A DNA stretch of 64,000 bases, from contig JAKOXV010000018.1 in NCBI GenBank assembly GCA_029780855.1, positions 54,104 through 118,103 of the forward strand, read 5' to 3'. Origin of the DNA: a bacterium. GTDB lineage: Bacteria; Patescibacteriota; Saccharimonadia; Saccharimonadales; JAUPVS01. A model generated the notes under the pieces. It saw nothing but the letters and a program-made list of their open reading frames with translations. It was not told the origin of the DNA and made no database searches. Position 1 is the stretch's first letter, and every line of letters begins with the position of its first letter. Below are positions 24,512 through 32,903 of this stretch, piece after piece. Made by a program: the position numbers and the translations under genes.

Positions 24512-26299
24512 CTAGTTTATGTCCACGTAAGCCTGGTGTATCATCCAGTTTTCGACGTTAGCATATCGGTCGGTGCCGGTATTTATGGGATGCTCGTGTA
24601 GCCCCGCTACTGACTCCGCCGTTACGTACAAGAACCGTGGCTGGTATAGCGCCACAGCCGGCGCATCGTTTCGCCAAGCTTCCAAAAACGGTCGGTATTT
24701 GATTGCCCGCAGCGCCGGTTCTGTACGCGTGCGCCCAGCTTCCAGGGCCTTGTCTGCCACAGAAGACTTATATTCAGAAAAGTTTAGCCGGTTAGCGGAA
24801 CGGATGTCAGCTTGGCTACTGTGCCAGTAGGCAAAGACATCTGGGTCTACGCCAATAGAAATGCCGTACAGTAGCGCATCGTAGTTATGAAAGGCAAGCG
24901 TCGTTTGGATATCACTCGTTTCTTGGCGGGTAAAGTTTGCATCCGCCCCCACAGCCTTCCACTGTTTTCGCAGCTGATTTGCAACGTACGTGTACTCTGG
25001 CGTGTTTTCAGTCACTACCTGGAAACTCAGTGGCTTGCCGGCCTTTGCCCTAATACCGTTAGCCTGTTTCACCCAGCCTGCTTGATCCAGTAACAAATTG
25101 GCAGCATCAACATTGTAGGGCAACTGCGCTAGTGCAGCGTCATGGCCTACTTGGGTTCGCAGAAACGGTTCGTTTGCAGCCTGAACCGCGTATCCCAGCC
25201 CTTTTCTGATTTGGGCAGTATCGGTAGCCTGAACGAGCGCCTTTCGTACCGCAGCATCTGACAGAACGTCACTACTTGTTTTAAAGAACACCATGGCTTC
25301 GCTCGTTAGCGGAAAACCGTTCTCATGTGCCAGTGTGTGCTGCTTTTTCCACTTCTCTGGCATTTCATCCAACCCTACCAAACCGTCTAGCTCACGTTTT
25401 TCAAAACTATTCATGAGATTACTCTTGCTATGGAAAGCCCGAATGACAAAACCGTTCAGTTTAGGGGCACCGCCTATGTAATTATCGAATTTGGCCAAGC
25501 CCACCCGTTCTTCGCGTGTCTCTGGCGTTCCTCCGCTAACCTCTACTGTCTTCCATTTAAACGGTCCGGCGCCAACTGGTGCTGTGGTATTAAAGGCGAT
25601 TGAACGTAACTGTGTGGGTGGTATCCCAGAAAGCAGGTGCTTTGGCACGATACCGTTTGTCATAGCATACGGGAATGAGCTGAGTGCCTGCGGGAGGGTA
25701 AAGGTTACCGTTTTTGCATCCACAGCAGCCACCTGTACCCCTTGCCAGCTAGACGCCAGCGGAGATTTGGCATCGGGGTTTTGGATCGTTGCATAGGTAA
25801 ATACTACGTCTTCTGCGGTGAGCGGTTCACCATCGTGCCAGGTTATGCCTGTTTTGAGATGCACAGTATACACATTACCGCGATCGTTTATCTCATAATC
25901 GTTTGCTAGATCACCTGCTAGAACGTTTTGGTTGTTGTATTTAAACAAACCTGCAAAAACTAACTTTGAAACCGAGCTATCTACTGGACCTGTTGCGTAC
26001 AGAGGGTTTGCGTTGGTAAATGTGCCGAGGATTCCTTCTGTATAGGTTCCGCCAGGCACCGGTTGTAGCGACTGATAGTACTGGCTCAGACTGCGGGTTT
26101 GCACCACCAGCATCCCGATAAGTAACCCAAGCAATAGAACCCATGTGAGCAAGAATCGTCGTACAAACCATAATCGACTTAGCCTCCGAACCACATGCTG
26201 CTCTAGCTGCTCTTCAGCCTGTTCGCTCATGTTTTCTACTTGGCGTCGACTGTGCCGAAACCTTCTTCTCCAACGGAGTTTAGTTGTACGATCAATCAT
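24512..26299 (-). CDS. Solute-binding protein family 5 (peptide/nickel ABC-type substrate-binding protein) with N-terminal TM anchor
   Basis: YTVHLKTGITWHDGEPLTAEDVVFTYATIQNPDAKSP and the overall 595-aa size are typical of SBP_bac_5. The N-terminal TM is FLLTWVLLLGLLIGMLVV. No permease or ATPase genes are adjacent. Confidence 0.8.
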   Translation of the reverse strand: MIDRTTKLRWRRRFRHSRRQVENMSEQAEEQLEQHVVRRLSRLWFVRRFLLTWVLLLGLLIGMLVVQTRSLSQYYQSLQPVPGGTYTEGILGTFTNANPLYATGPVDSSVSKLVFAGLFKYNNQNVLAGDLANDYEINDRGNVYTVHLKTGITWHDGEPLTAEDVVFTYATIQNPDAKSPLASSWQGVQVAAVDAKTVTFTLPQALSSFPYAMTNGIVPKHLLSGIPPTQLRSIAFNTTAPVGAGPFKWKTVEVSGGTPETREERVGLAKFDNYIGGAPKLNGFVIRAFHSKSNLMNSFEKRELDGLVGLDEMPEKWKKQHTLAHENGFPLTSEAMVFFKTSSDVLSDAAVRKALVQATDTAQIRKGLGYAVQAANEPFLRTQVGHDAALAQLPYNVDAANLLLDQAGWVKQANGIRAKAGKPLSFQVVTENTPEYTYVANQLRKQWKAVGADANFTRQETSDIQTTLAFHNYDALLYGISIGVDPDVFAYWHSSQADIRSANRLNFSEYKSSVADKALEAGRTRTEPALRAIKYRPFLEAWRNDAPAVALYQPRFLYVTAESVAGLHEHPINTGTDRYANVENWMIHQAYVDIN

Positions 26300-26326
26300 A
26301 AAACCACCGGGGATTACGGTTAATAT

Positions 26327-26539
26327 CTACACCAATACACTTAACAGTATGGAGAGCGAAAAAATAATCGCAAACACAATAGTAATTTGATGAAGTGTCT
26401 TATCAGTACCTCTACGTACCGTGTTTACTTCACCGCCACTACCGAGGCCTGCGCCCAAGCTAGCACCACGCGTCTGGACCAGGATCAGAATTGTCAGTAT
26501 CACCATGGACACGAGTGTTATGTAGTTAAAAATGTTCAT
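26327..26539 (-). CDS. secG: Preprotein translocase subunit SecG
   Basis: 70 aa with two TM helices and the central loop LVQTRGASLGAGLGSGG, characteristic of SecG. Confidence 0.8.
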   Translation of the reverse strand: MNIFNYITLVSMVILTILILVQTRGASLGAGLGSGGEVNTVRRGTDKTLHQITIVFAIIFSLSILLSVLV

Positions 26540-26901
26540 CGTTCCTCCAAAATAGTTGTCACTAGATAGTTTACCAACCCAATGACCATACCGGCAAGCA
26601 TGGCGACCCAGAAGTTCTTAACCTGAAGCTGCGTGTAGAGGTGACTAGCCAGGAGCACCATAAGACCATTTATAACAATCATAAACAGACCCAGACTAAA
26701 TAAAATAGCCGGTAAAGACAACACGATAACGATTGGCTTAATGATTGAATTGATTATTGCCAGCACTAATCCGGAAACCACAATAACGCCCAGTTTACTG
26801 CCGTAGTTAATACTCTCGCTCCCGAGTAGGCTAGCGGCGATCCATAAACCCAAACCGCTCACAAACCAACGAATAATAAATCTTCCGATTGCGCTGTTCA
26901 T
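26536..26901 (-). CDS. Four-TM membrane protein of the YvlD / holin superfamily IV type
   Basis: RWFVSGLGLWIAASLL...IINSIIKPIVIVLSLPAILFSLGLFMIVINGLML matches the Phage_holin_4_2-like pattern. Confidence 0.65.
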   Translation of the reverse strand: MNSAIGRFIIRWFVSGLGLWIAASLLGSESINYGSKLGVIVVSGLVLAIINSIIKPIVIVLSLPAILFSLGLFMIVINGLMVLLASHLYTQLQVKNFWVAMLAGMVIGLVNYLVTTILEER

Positions 26902-26929
26902 AATTAATAAGCTTTAGAGCTATTGTAGG

Positions 26930-28153
26930 TTAGGAAAGCTCCCGTGGCAACTTTTTACTCATAATCTCGTACCCATTCGCCGTAATTAAGACGTCATCTT
27001 CAATCCGAACGCCAATTCCCTCCTGGGGGATATAAATACCTGGCTCTACGGTAATCACCACATTTTCTTCTAACGGCCTATCATACTCACCCACATCATG
27101 AGTGTCTAGGCCAAGATAGTGAGATGTAGCGTGTGGGTAGTATTTTCTGACCGTATCATGATTAATAGTTTTAATCAGTCCGATTTCCCGTAGTTTTTCG
27201 TCCATGTACTGCTCAATTAGCTGCTCATTTTCACGTAACAATGCACCTGGCTTAAGCAAACTGAGAGCATAGTTTTGCACATCAAGAACTGCCGCGTAAA
27301 CATCTCTCTGGCGTTTTGTTGGCTTTCCAAAGTGCAAGGTACGAGTAATATCAGCTGAGTAGTTGTCTACTTCCGCACCGATATCAATAACTACAAACTG
27401 GTTGCTGCGGATTTCTCCGTTATTATCCGTATCGTGAAGCACACAAGCACGTTCACCAGCAGACACGATAGGTGCAAAGGCGTGGGCTTGGGCGCCATGC
27501 TTTCTAAAATGGGCGGTTATATCTGCTTCTATCTCATATTCATACTCGTAACGGGCTTTTTTTGCGATTCTCTTGATTACCTGGCTGGTTATGTCAATCG
27601 CTTCCCCCATGGCGGCTAGCTCTTCCGGCTGCTTGACCATACGCATGCGTGCGAGGTGGCGGGAAATATCGAGCAGTTCAATAGCTGCGTTACCCTCTTT
27701 CAGACGTTCCACCATCTTCGCGCGGGCAGGGTTAGTATACATACCGTAATGATTAGAGTATGCCGGCGGAACTGGAAGCGTAGCAACGTGCTTTACTTTG
27801 CCTAACCGTTTATGTAGCTTTTTCCAACCCTCTTTTTCATCCAAAACCATATCAACGCCAGAAACTTCCCTGAGCACATCCCCATTCTGCGCACCATCAA
27901 AGAGCTCTTTTACTTCACCATAGTTGGGCAAAATCAGAAAGTCCTGGGATTTATCCATTACCAGAACAACATCTGGATCAGGAACACCGGTTAAGTACCA
28001 AAAGCTACTATCTTGCCTAAAACTAAAAGCAGAATCGCCGTTTCGCTGCAGCAACCCATTCGCCGTTAAAACAATGGGGGCTGTGCCACTAAAAAGTTCC
28101 CGCAAGCGCCTGCGGTTATTTGAAAAAAAATCCGAGTCAAAATGTCTATACAT
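26930..28153 (-). CDS. pepP: Xaa-Pro aminopeptidase (M24B family)
   Basis: Creatinase-like N-domain plus M24 metal ligands: VVIDIGAEVDNYSADITRT, HATSHYLGLDTHD, TVEPGIY, IRIEDDV. Confidence 0.85.
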   Translation of the reverse strand: MYRHFDSDFFSNNRRRLRELFSGTAPIVLTANGLLQRNGDSAFSFRQDSSFWYLTGVPDPDVVLVMDKSQDFLILPNYGEVKELFDGAQNGDVLREVSGVDMVLDEKEGWKKLHKRLGKVKHVATLPVPPAYSNHYGMYTNPARAKMVERLKEGNAAIELLDISRHLARMRMVKQPEELAAMGEAIDITSQVIKRIAKKARYEYEYEIEADITAHFRKHGAQAHAFAPIVSAGERACVLHDTDNNGEIRSNQFVVIDIGAEVDNYSADITRTLHFGKPTKRQRDVYAAVLDVQNYALSLLKPGALLRENEQLIEQYMDEKLREIGLIKTINHDTVRKYYPHATSHYLGLDTHDVGEYDRPLEENVVITVEPGIYIPQEGIGVRIEDDVLITANGYEIMSKKLPRELS

Positions 28154-28187
28154 AACGATGCTCAGCTAGTATACCAAAAAGACCAGC

Positions 28188-29690
28188 CTATGGTTTGCTT
28201 GTCCGAAGATATTGCGACACAATCGCAGCTTTTTGTTTGCCGATTACCCGGCTCAGATCCCACTCACTAGCGTGACTAACACTCCTCATTGAACCAAACG
28301 AACGGAGCAGCTTTTTGCGCGTAGCCGGGCCAATTCCGGGAATATCATCTAGCAAGCTTGCTGTTTGGCGCTTAGTTTTTAGCACCGAATGGTAGCTTAC
28401 AGCAAAGCGGTGTGATTCATCGCGGATTCGCTGCAAGAGCTTCACAATATGTGAACTTTTGGGAAGCAGAACCCGTATGTAGCTATCATCCTGAGTCAAT
28501 ATCGCATTGTTTTTAGCAGCATAGTCCCTGTTGAGCATGACGCTGGAAGCGTCCCGGGAAATCACAATTTCCTCCTCTCGCTTAGCTAGACCAATCATAG
28601 GGAGCTTGGAAAACCCAGCAGCGTCACGGGCTTCTATGGCACTACTTAGTTGCCCCTTTCCTCCGTCAATCAGAAACAGGTTGGGCAGACCCCAATCTTT
28701 CCGGTTTTTTTCACCAAGACGGCGAGTAATCGTTTCATTCATGTGAGCGAAGTCATTATTGCCCGGAAGGCGCATTTTAAATTTTCGGTACGCAGCTTTG
28801 TCCGGTATACCATTGGTAAAAACCACCATACTGGCAACGTTATCCGTTCCGCTCATGTGGCTGATATCGTATCCCTCTACCCTGCGAGGTGTCTCGGAAA
28901 GTCCTAGGAGTTCCGCTAAACCTTGCAGTCCAAGGTCCTTACTGATGTCCATAAATTCTTTGTCAGAAAAAACTACCTGTTTGCTCAGCCCCTTGATCGC
29001 AAACAGCTGGTTCCGTAGATGCACCGCATTCTCAAAGTCTTGGGATTTTGAAGCTTTAATCATGTCTTTTTCAACTTCACGTATCAGTTTGCTTCTTTCT
29101 CCCCGGAGGTATTGCATGAGCTTACGGAGGTTTTTGCGATATTCTTGCAATTCGGTTTTGTTTTCCTCTAGTCCAGGGCAGAGCCCAAGATGATACTGCA
29201 AACAGGCACGCTTGGGAATATTGCGGACGTGCGTAGAGTAAGGAAATGCCCGGCGCAAATAGTGCAACGCTCGTCTAACTGCACCAGCAGCAAAGTATGG
29301 TCCAAAATATTCTGCTCCATCATCCAGCGGACGGCGAGTTACCGTTACCGTGGGATGATTACTTTTATAATCTATTCGCACGTAGGCCGTACTCTTGTCA
29401 TCGCGCAGCAGGATATTGTACCGCGGCAAATAGCGACGCACTTGTTCGGCTTCTAAAAATAGTGCGTCTATTTCACTATCGACCGTTATCCACTCAATGT
29501 CTGCAATCTCCTGTACGAGCGCATCGGTTTTTGGGTCTCTATACCGGCTTGCCTGAAAATACTGTCGAACACGATTACGCAAATTAGCAGCTTTGCCAAT
29601 GTAAATAATCTGCCCCTTTTTGTCTTTATGAAAATAGACGCCGGGATCTTTGGGAAGTTCGCTCAACTTTTTTTCTAACTGCATATTCAT
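28188..29690 (-). CDS. uvrC: Excinuclease ABC subunit C (short, 500 aa)
   Basis: GIY-YIG N-terminus GVYFHKDKKGQIIYIGKAANLRNRVRQYF, an RNase H-like endonuclease region (EGYDISH), and a C-terminal HhH IPGIGPATRKKLLRSFGS. Confidence 0.9.
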   Translation of the reverse strand: MNMQLEKKLSELPKDPGVYFHKDKKGQIIYIGKAANLRNRVRQYFQASRYRDPKTDALVQEIADIEWITVDSEIDALFLEAEQVRRYLPRYNILLRDDKSTAYVRIDYKSNHPTVTVTRRPLDDGAEYFGPYFAAGAVRRALHYLRRAFPYSTHVRNIPKRACLQYHLGLCPGLEENKTELQEYRKNLRKLMQYLRGERSKLIREVEKDMIKASKSQDFENAVHLRNQLFAIKGLSKQVVFSDKEFMDISKDLGLQGLAELLGLSETPRRVEGYDISHMSGTDNVASMVVFTNGIPDKAAYRKFKMRLPGNNDFAHMNETITRRLGEKNRKDWGLPNLFLIDGGKGQLSSAIEARDAAGFSKLPMIGLAKREEEIVISRDASSVMLNRDYAAKNNAILTQDDSYIRVLLPKSSHIVKLLQRIRDESHRFAVSYHSVLKTKRQTASLLDDIPGIGPATRKKLLRSFGSMRSVSHASEWDLSRVIGKQKAAIVSQYLRTSKP

Positions 29691-29750
29691 GCACTCTACA
29701 GTATAGCTCTCTACCCCTGTTATTGAAAGTTACGAACATTTCGGAATTAT

Positions 29751-30199
29751 GAGGACGCGTGCGAAGAAGAGCTGGGGGTGGGGGTTGTTACTAGGGTGCA
29801 CTCATTTCCGAGTACCACTTTTCACGAACCCCCACCGGCTCACAGCTTGTTCGACTTGCGCAACTCGTGGTGGACGTAGCCCGCCGAAACCACAAGAAGG
29901 ACGATGATCAGCGCCGAAGCACCGACGATGCCTGCCGCTTTAACTCCTTCGAGTCGCTCGGGGTTCTCATTGATGAACTCCAAGCGGCTGTTGAAGTAGT
30001 AGACGCACACTCCCACGGGGATTGCGACGCCGAGGAACAGCAGGATGTAGGTGATGGTCTTTGCCTTGTTGCTCATTTGCACAGCTCCTTGGTCTTTTGC
30101 CTACGATTGATTGCCGGCAATGGTTCGGGAATGAAGTCGGTTCCGCCCGCTTCTTATGAGACCCCTTAACCAACCAAGGTGGAAAACGCACGCGTCCTC
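29751..30199. other. High-GC (about 55-63%) 449-bp insert bounded by perfect 13-bp inverted repeats
   Basis: GAGGACGCGTGCG at 29751-29763 and its reverse complement CGCACGCGTCCTC at 30187-30199. Outside these, ATTTCG(G) (29738-29744) faces CGAAAT (30200-30205). Hand counts of 60-nt lines give 55-63% GC inside, against about 37-43% in the flanks. Confidence 0.6.
29840..30082 (-). CDS. Small two-TM membrane protein encoded in the high-GC insert (80 aa)
   Basis: TITYILLFLGVAIPVGVCVYYF and GIVGASALIIVLLVVSAGYV are the two TM helices. G/C-ending codons are strongly preferred, unlike the surrounding genes. Confidence 0.6.
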   Translation of the reverse strand: MQMSNKAKTITYILLFLGVAIPVGVCVYYFNSRLEFINENPERLEGVKAAGIVGASALIIVLLVVSAGYVHHELRKSNKL

Positions 30200-30278
30200 C
30201 GAAATATACATAACTATCTCAGTGCTTTACGTGAGGGTTACCCCTTGACGTAACAGCATTATTATAGCATAAGCTTAA

Positions 30279-31163
30279 CTATTTTGCAATAGCTTGAGTT
30301 GTTACGCAATCGGTGCACAGGTCTTTATTGGCACAGTTTTCGCAGACGAGAACAAGCCGATTACATGCGACATTGGCGCAATTTTCATAGTTGCTGGTTT
30401 TTCCATTGCAGTGGACGCATTCACCAATGTCTTTGGATTTTTCTGAAAATCGCTGGTTCATACGGCCATCAAAAATATACAGAGAACCTTCCCATAACCC
30501 TTCATCGCCGTACTTTTCACCATACTTTACAATTCCACCGTCCATCTGGTAGACCTCTGTAAAACCTTTCTCCTTCATAATAGGAGTTAAGATTTCACAG
30601 CGCACGCCACCCGTGCAATAGGTGACTACCGGTTTATCCTTAAGTTCATCGTACTTACCGCTATCAATTTCTTTTACAAAATCATGTGTAGTACGAGTAT
30701 CTGGAACAACTGCATTTTTGAACTTGCCTACCGCAGCTTCGTACGCGTTCCGGCCATCAAAGAACACCACATCTTCACCGCGTTCTTCCATGAGTTTATG
30801 TAGTTGTTCGGGCTTGATATGTTTGCCGCCGTTTTTTACTCCATGCTCGTCTACTTGTATGGCGTCAGGAGCACCGAACGCCACCAGCTCCGGCCGTACT
30901 TTTACTGAAAGTTTCGGGAACTCATTACCCGTTCCATCACTCCACTTATACATAATCCCTTTGAATATAACTGAGCGATTCATCTCACGTTTATATTCAC
31001 GAAGATTCTCAATATTCCCGCCAAGCGTGCCGTTGATGCCGTGTTTGCTCACAATAATTCGACCTTTGAGATGTAAGCGCACACATAGCTCTCGCTGCCA
31101 GCGCATAGTCATCTCTGGATCGGCCACCGGAACAAATTTGTAGTAAAGGATTACCTTATTCAT
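30279..31163 (-). CDS. trhO: Rhodanese-domain tRNA uridine(34) hydroxylase TrhO (UPF0176/YceA family)
   Basis: MNKVILYYKFVPVADPE...KGRIIVSKHGINGTLGG, the rhodanese active-site loop YCTGGVRCE, and a C-terminal Cys cluster CVHCNGKTSNYENCANVACN. Confidence 0.85.
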   Translation of the reverse strand: MNKVILYYKFVPVADPEMTMRWQRELCVRLHLKGRIIVSKHGINGTLGGNIENLREYKREMNRSVIFKGIMYKWSDGTGNEFPKLSVKVRPELVAFGAPDAIQVDEHGVKNGGKHIKPEQLHKLMEERGEDVVFFDGRNAYEAAVGKFKNAVVPDTRTTHDFVKEIDSGKYDELKDKPVVTYCTGGVRCEILTPIMKEKGFTEVYQMDGGIVKYGEKYGDEGLWEGSLYIFDGRMNQRFSEKSKDIGECVHCNGKTSNYENCANVACNRLVLVCENCANKDLCTDCVTTQAIAK

Positions 31164-31219
31164 ATTCAGGAGCAAAGTATAGCACCACACCCCTGTTTTG
31201 TCACGCTCTTTAGACCGTG

Positions 31220-31897
31220 CTAGGCTTCAGATTTTTCCGCTTCTTCAGTGCCTTCTTCGGATGGCGCAGTTGCTTCTTCGGCGGTTTCACCGGCATCTTG
31301 CTCGGCCATTTCAGCAGCTGCAGCGTTAGCTTCAGCCACCTGGTCACGTGGCATTTCAACCGTGGCAATGGTAGTTTCCGGATCTGTTAGTAGTGTTAGT
31401 TGCGACGGAATGGTGATATCTGCGACTGTCAGCTTGTCGCCCACTTCGGCAAGTTTGGTAGCATCCACGACTACTTCATCAACTAGATCCTTTGGCAGGC
31501 CCTCTACTTCAATAGTTTCTAGATGAGTCAAAACCATAAGACTGGCTCGTTCAGCTGGAATGTCGCCTTCAAGGCGTACAGGTACTTCTGTTTCTACCTT
31601 TTGGTCTTGCTTGATAGCGTTAAAGACCACGTGCCTTAGGTTGTTTTTGCGGGGCTCAAAAGTCGCATCCTTGATTAGGGCGAGGTATTTTTTATTACCC
31701 ACACTCAGGTTTACTGGATGGTGTTTTCCAGCCTGCTTATAGACTTTGTACATTTCCATGTACGGAGCCATGACGATAATCGAATCCTTGCCATGATCAT
31801 GGATTACGGCTGGTACTTTACCATCGTTACGTAATTGCTTAACTTGCTTCCCTAAAACATCTCGGGATTCTAATGATAATGAAATCTGGTCGGACAC
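31220..31897 (-). CDS. rplY: 50S ribosomal protein L25 / general stress protein Ctc
   Basis: LSLESRDVLGKQVKQLRNDGKVPAVIH...HPVNLSVGNKKYLALIKD...LRHVVFNAI, with an acidic C-terminal tail. Confidence 0.9.
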   Translation of the reverse strand: MSDQISLSLESRDVLGKQVKQLRNDGKVPAVIHDHGKDSIIVMAPYMEMYKVYKQAGKHHPVNLSVGNKKYLALIKDATFEPRKNNLRHVVFNAIKQDQKVETEVPVRLEGDIPAERASLMVLTHLETIEVEGLPKDLVDEVVVDATKLAEVGDKLTVADITIPSQLTLLTDPETTIATVEMPRDQVAEANAAAAEMAEQDAGETAEEATAPSEEGTEEAEKSEA

Positions 31898-31979
31898 TGT
31901 CCCTCCTTTGTTTGTACATACTATTATAGCAAAGTTTCAAGATGGACGGCGGACGACTTTCCGGGTATTGTATAGCTAC

Positions 31980-32627
31980 ATGATTGGACTCGATGTAGAA
32001 AAAATCGTTCAGAGCGGAGGTATTCTGCTTGTTGGAGCGATAATATTCGCAGAATCCGGACTGCTCATAGGGTTTTTCTTACCAGGAGACACGTTACTCT
32101 TTACCGCTGGTTTCTTTGCTGCCCAAGGTAAACTTCCCTTAGGCTGGTTAATAGTAACTGTTATCGTTGCTGCTATTGCTGGCGACAGTGTTGGGTACAG
32201 CATAGGTAGACGCACCGGACCCCGCATTTTCCGTAAAAAAGATGGTATATTTTTCCGCAAAGAGTATATTGAACGTGCCGAAAAGTTTTATGAAGATCAC
32301 GGCGGTAAAACGATCATCCTGGCCCGTTTTGTGCCAGTCATAAGAACCTTTGCTCCGCTGGTTGCCGGTGTTGGGCAAATGCACTACCGTCGTTTTATCT
32401 CCTTCAATATCATTGGTGGCGTAATCTGGGGAGCCGGCGTAACCCTGCTTGGCCACTGGCTTGGTAGCAAAATTCCAAACATCGACAAGTACCTGCTTCC
32501 TGCTGTGTTACTAGCCACCTTCTTCACCTTCAGCCCAATGATCCTGCATATCTTACGCGACAAAAGAATGCGCCAGGGCGTTTGGAATAAGTTAAAGTTC
32601 TGGCAGAAAAACGAGATCACTGACTAG
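31980..32627 (+). CDS. DedA family membrane protein
   Basis: FAESGLLIGFFLPGDTLLFTAGFFAAQG...GKTIILARFVPVIRTFAPLVAGV is the DedA/SNARE-associated signature. Confidence 0.85.
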   Translation: MIGLDVEKIVQSGGILLVGAIIFAESGLLIGFFLPGDTLLFTAGFFAAQGKLPLGWLIVTVIVAAIAGDSVGYSIGRRTGPRIFRKKDGIFFRKEYIERAEKFYEDHGGKTIILARFVPVIRTFAPLVAGVGQMHYRRFISFNIIGGVIWGAGVTLLGHWLGSKIPNIDKYLLPAVLLATFFTFSPMILHILRDKRMRQGVWNKLKFWQKNEITD

Positions 32628-32903
32628 GTGGCCTTCGGCATTCGCTAGTTCTAGCCAGCCCTCATAGTTGTAGTTGTGTAACAAAAGGTATAGCTGCTTA
32701 CCGCGTTCAACGTACTCTTCAATGCTTTCTTGCCGATTTGTCACAACCCGAACGAGGCTATCCAGGCAGAAATCTAAATCCGCGCGCAATCCTCTTTTGT
32801 GAGGCGCCCGAGCGGTGAGCATTTCTAACGTATCAATGGCCCCGGTCAATGCCGTTACTTCAATGTCCCGAATTTCTCGATTCGTTTCCGACTGCGAGTT
32901 CAT
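32592..32903 (-). CDS. Hypothetical protein (103 aa), start overlapping the uvrA stop by 4 nt
   Basis: ORF only. Predicted helical, with no motif recognised. Confidence 0.45.
   Translation of the reverse strand: MNSQSETNREIRDIEVTALTGAIDTLEMLTARAPHKRGLRADLDFCLDSLVRVVTNRQESIEEYVERGKQLYLLLHNYNYEGWLELANAEGHLVSDLVFLPEL

Noticed and set aside
30622-31143. 173-aa plus-strand ORF antisense to trhO; similarly 63193-63684 antisense to atpA, 28759-29193 antisense to uvrC, and 33672-34052 antisense to uvrA
   Set aside because: All are antisense to genes with unmistakable conserved motifs. No independent support exists.
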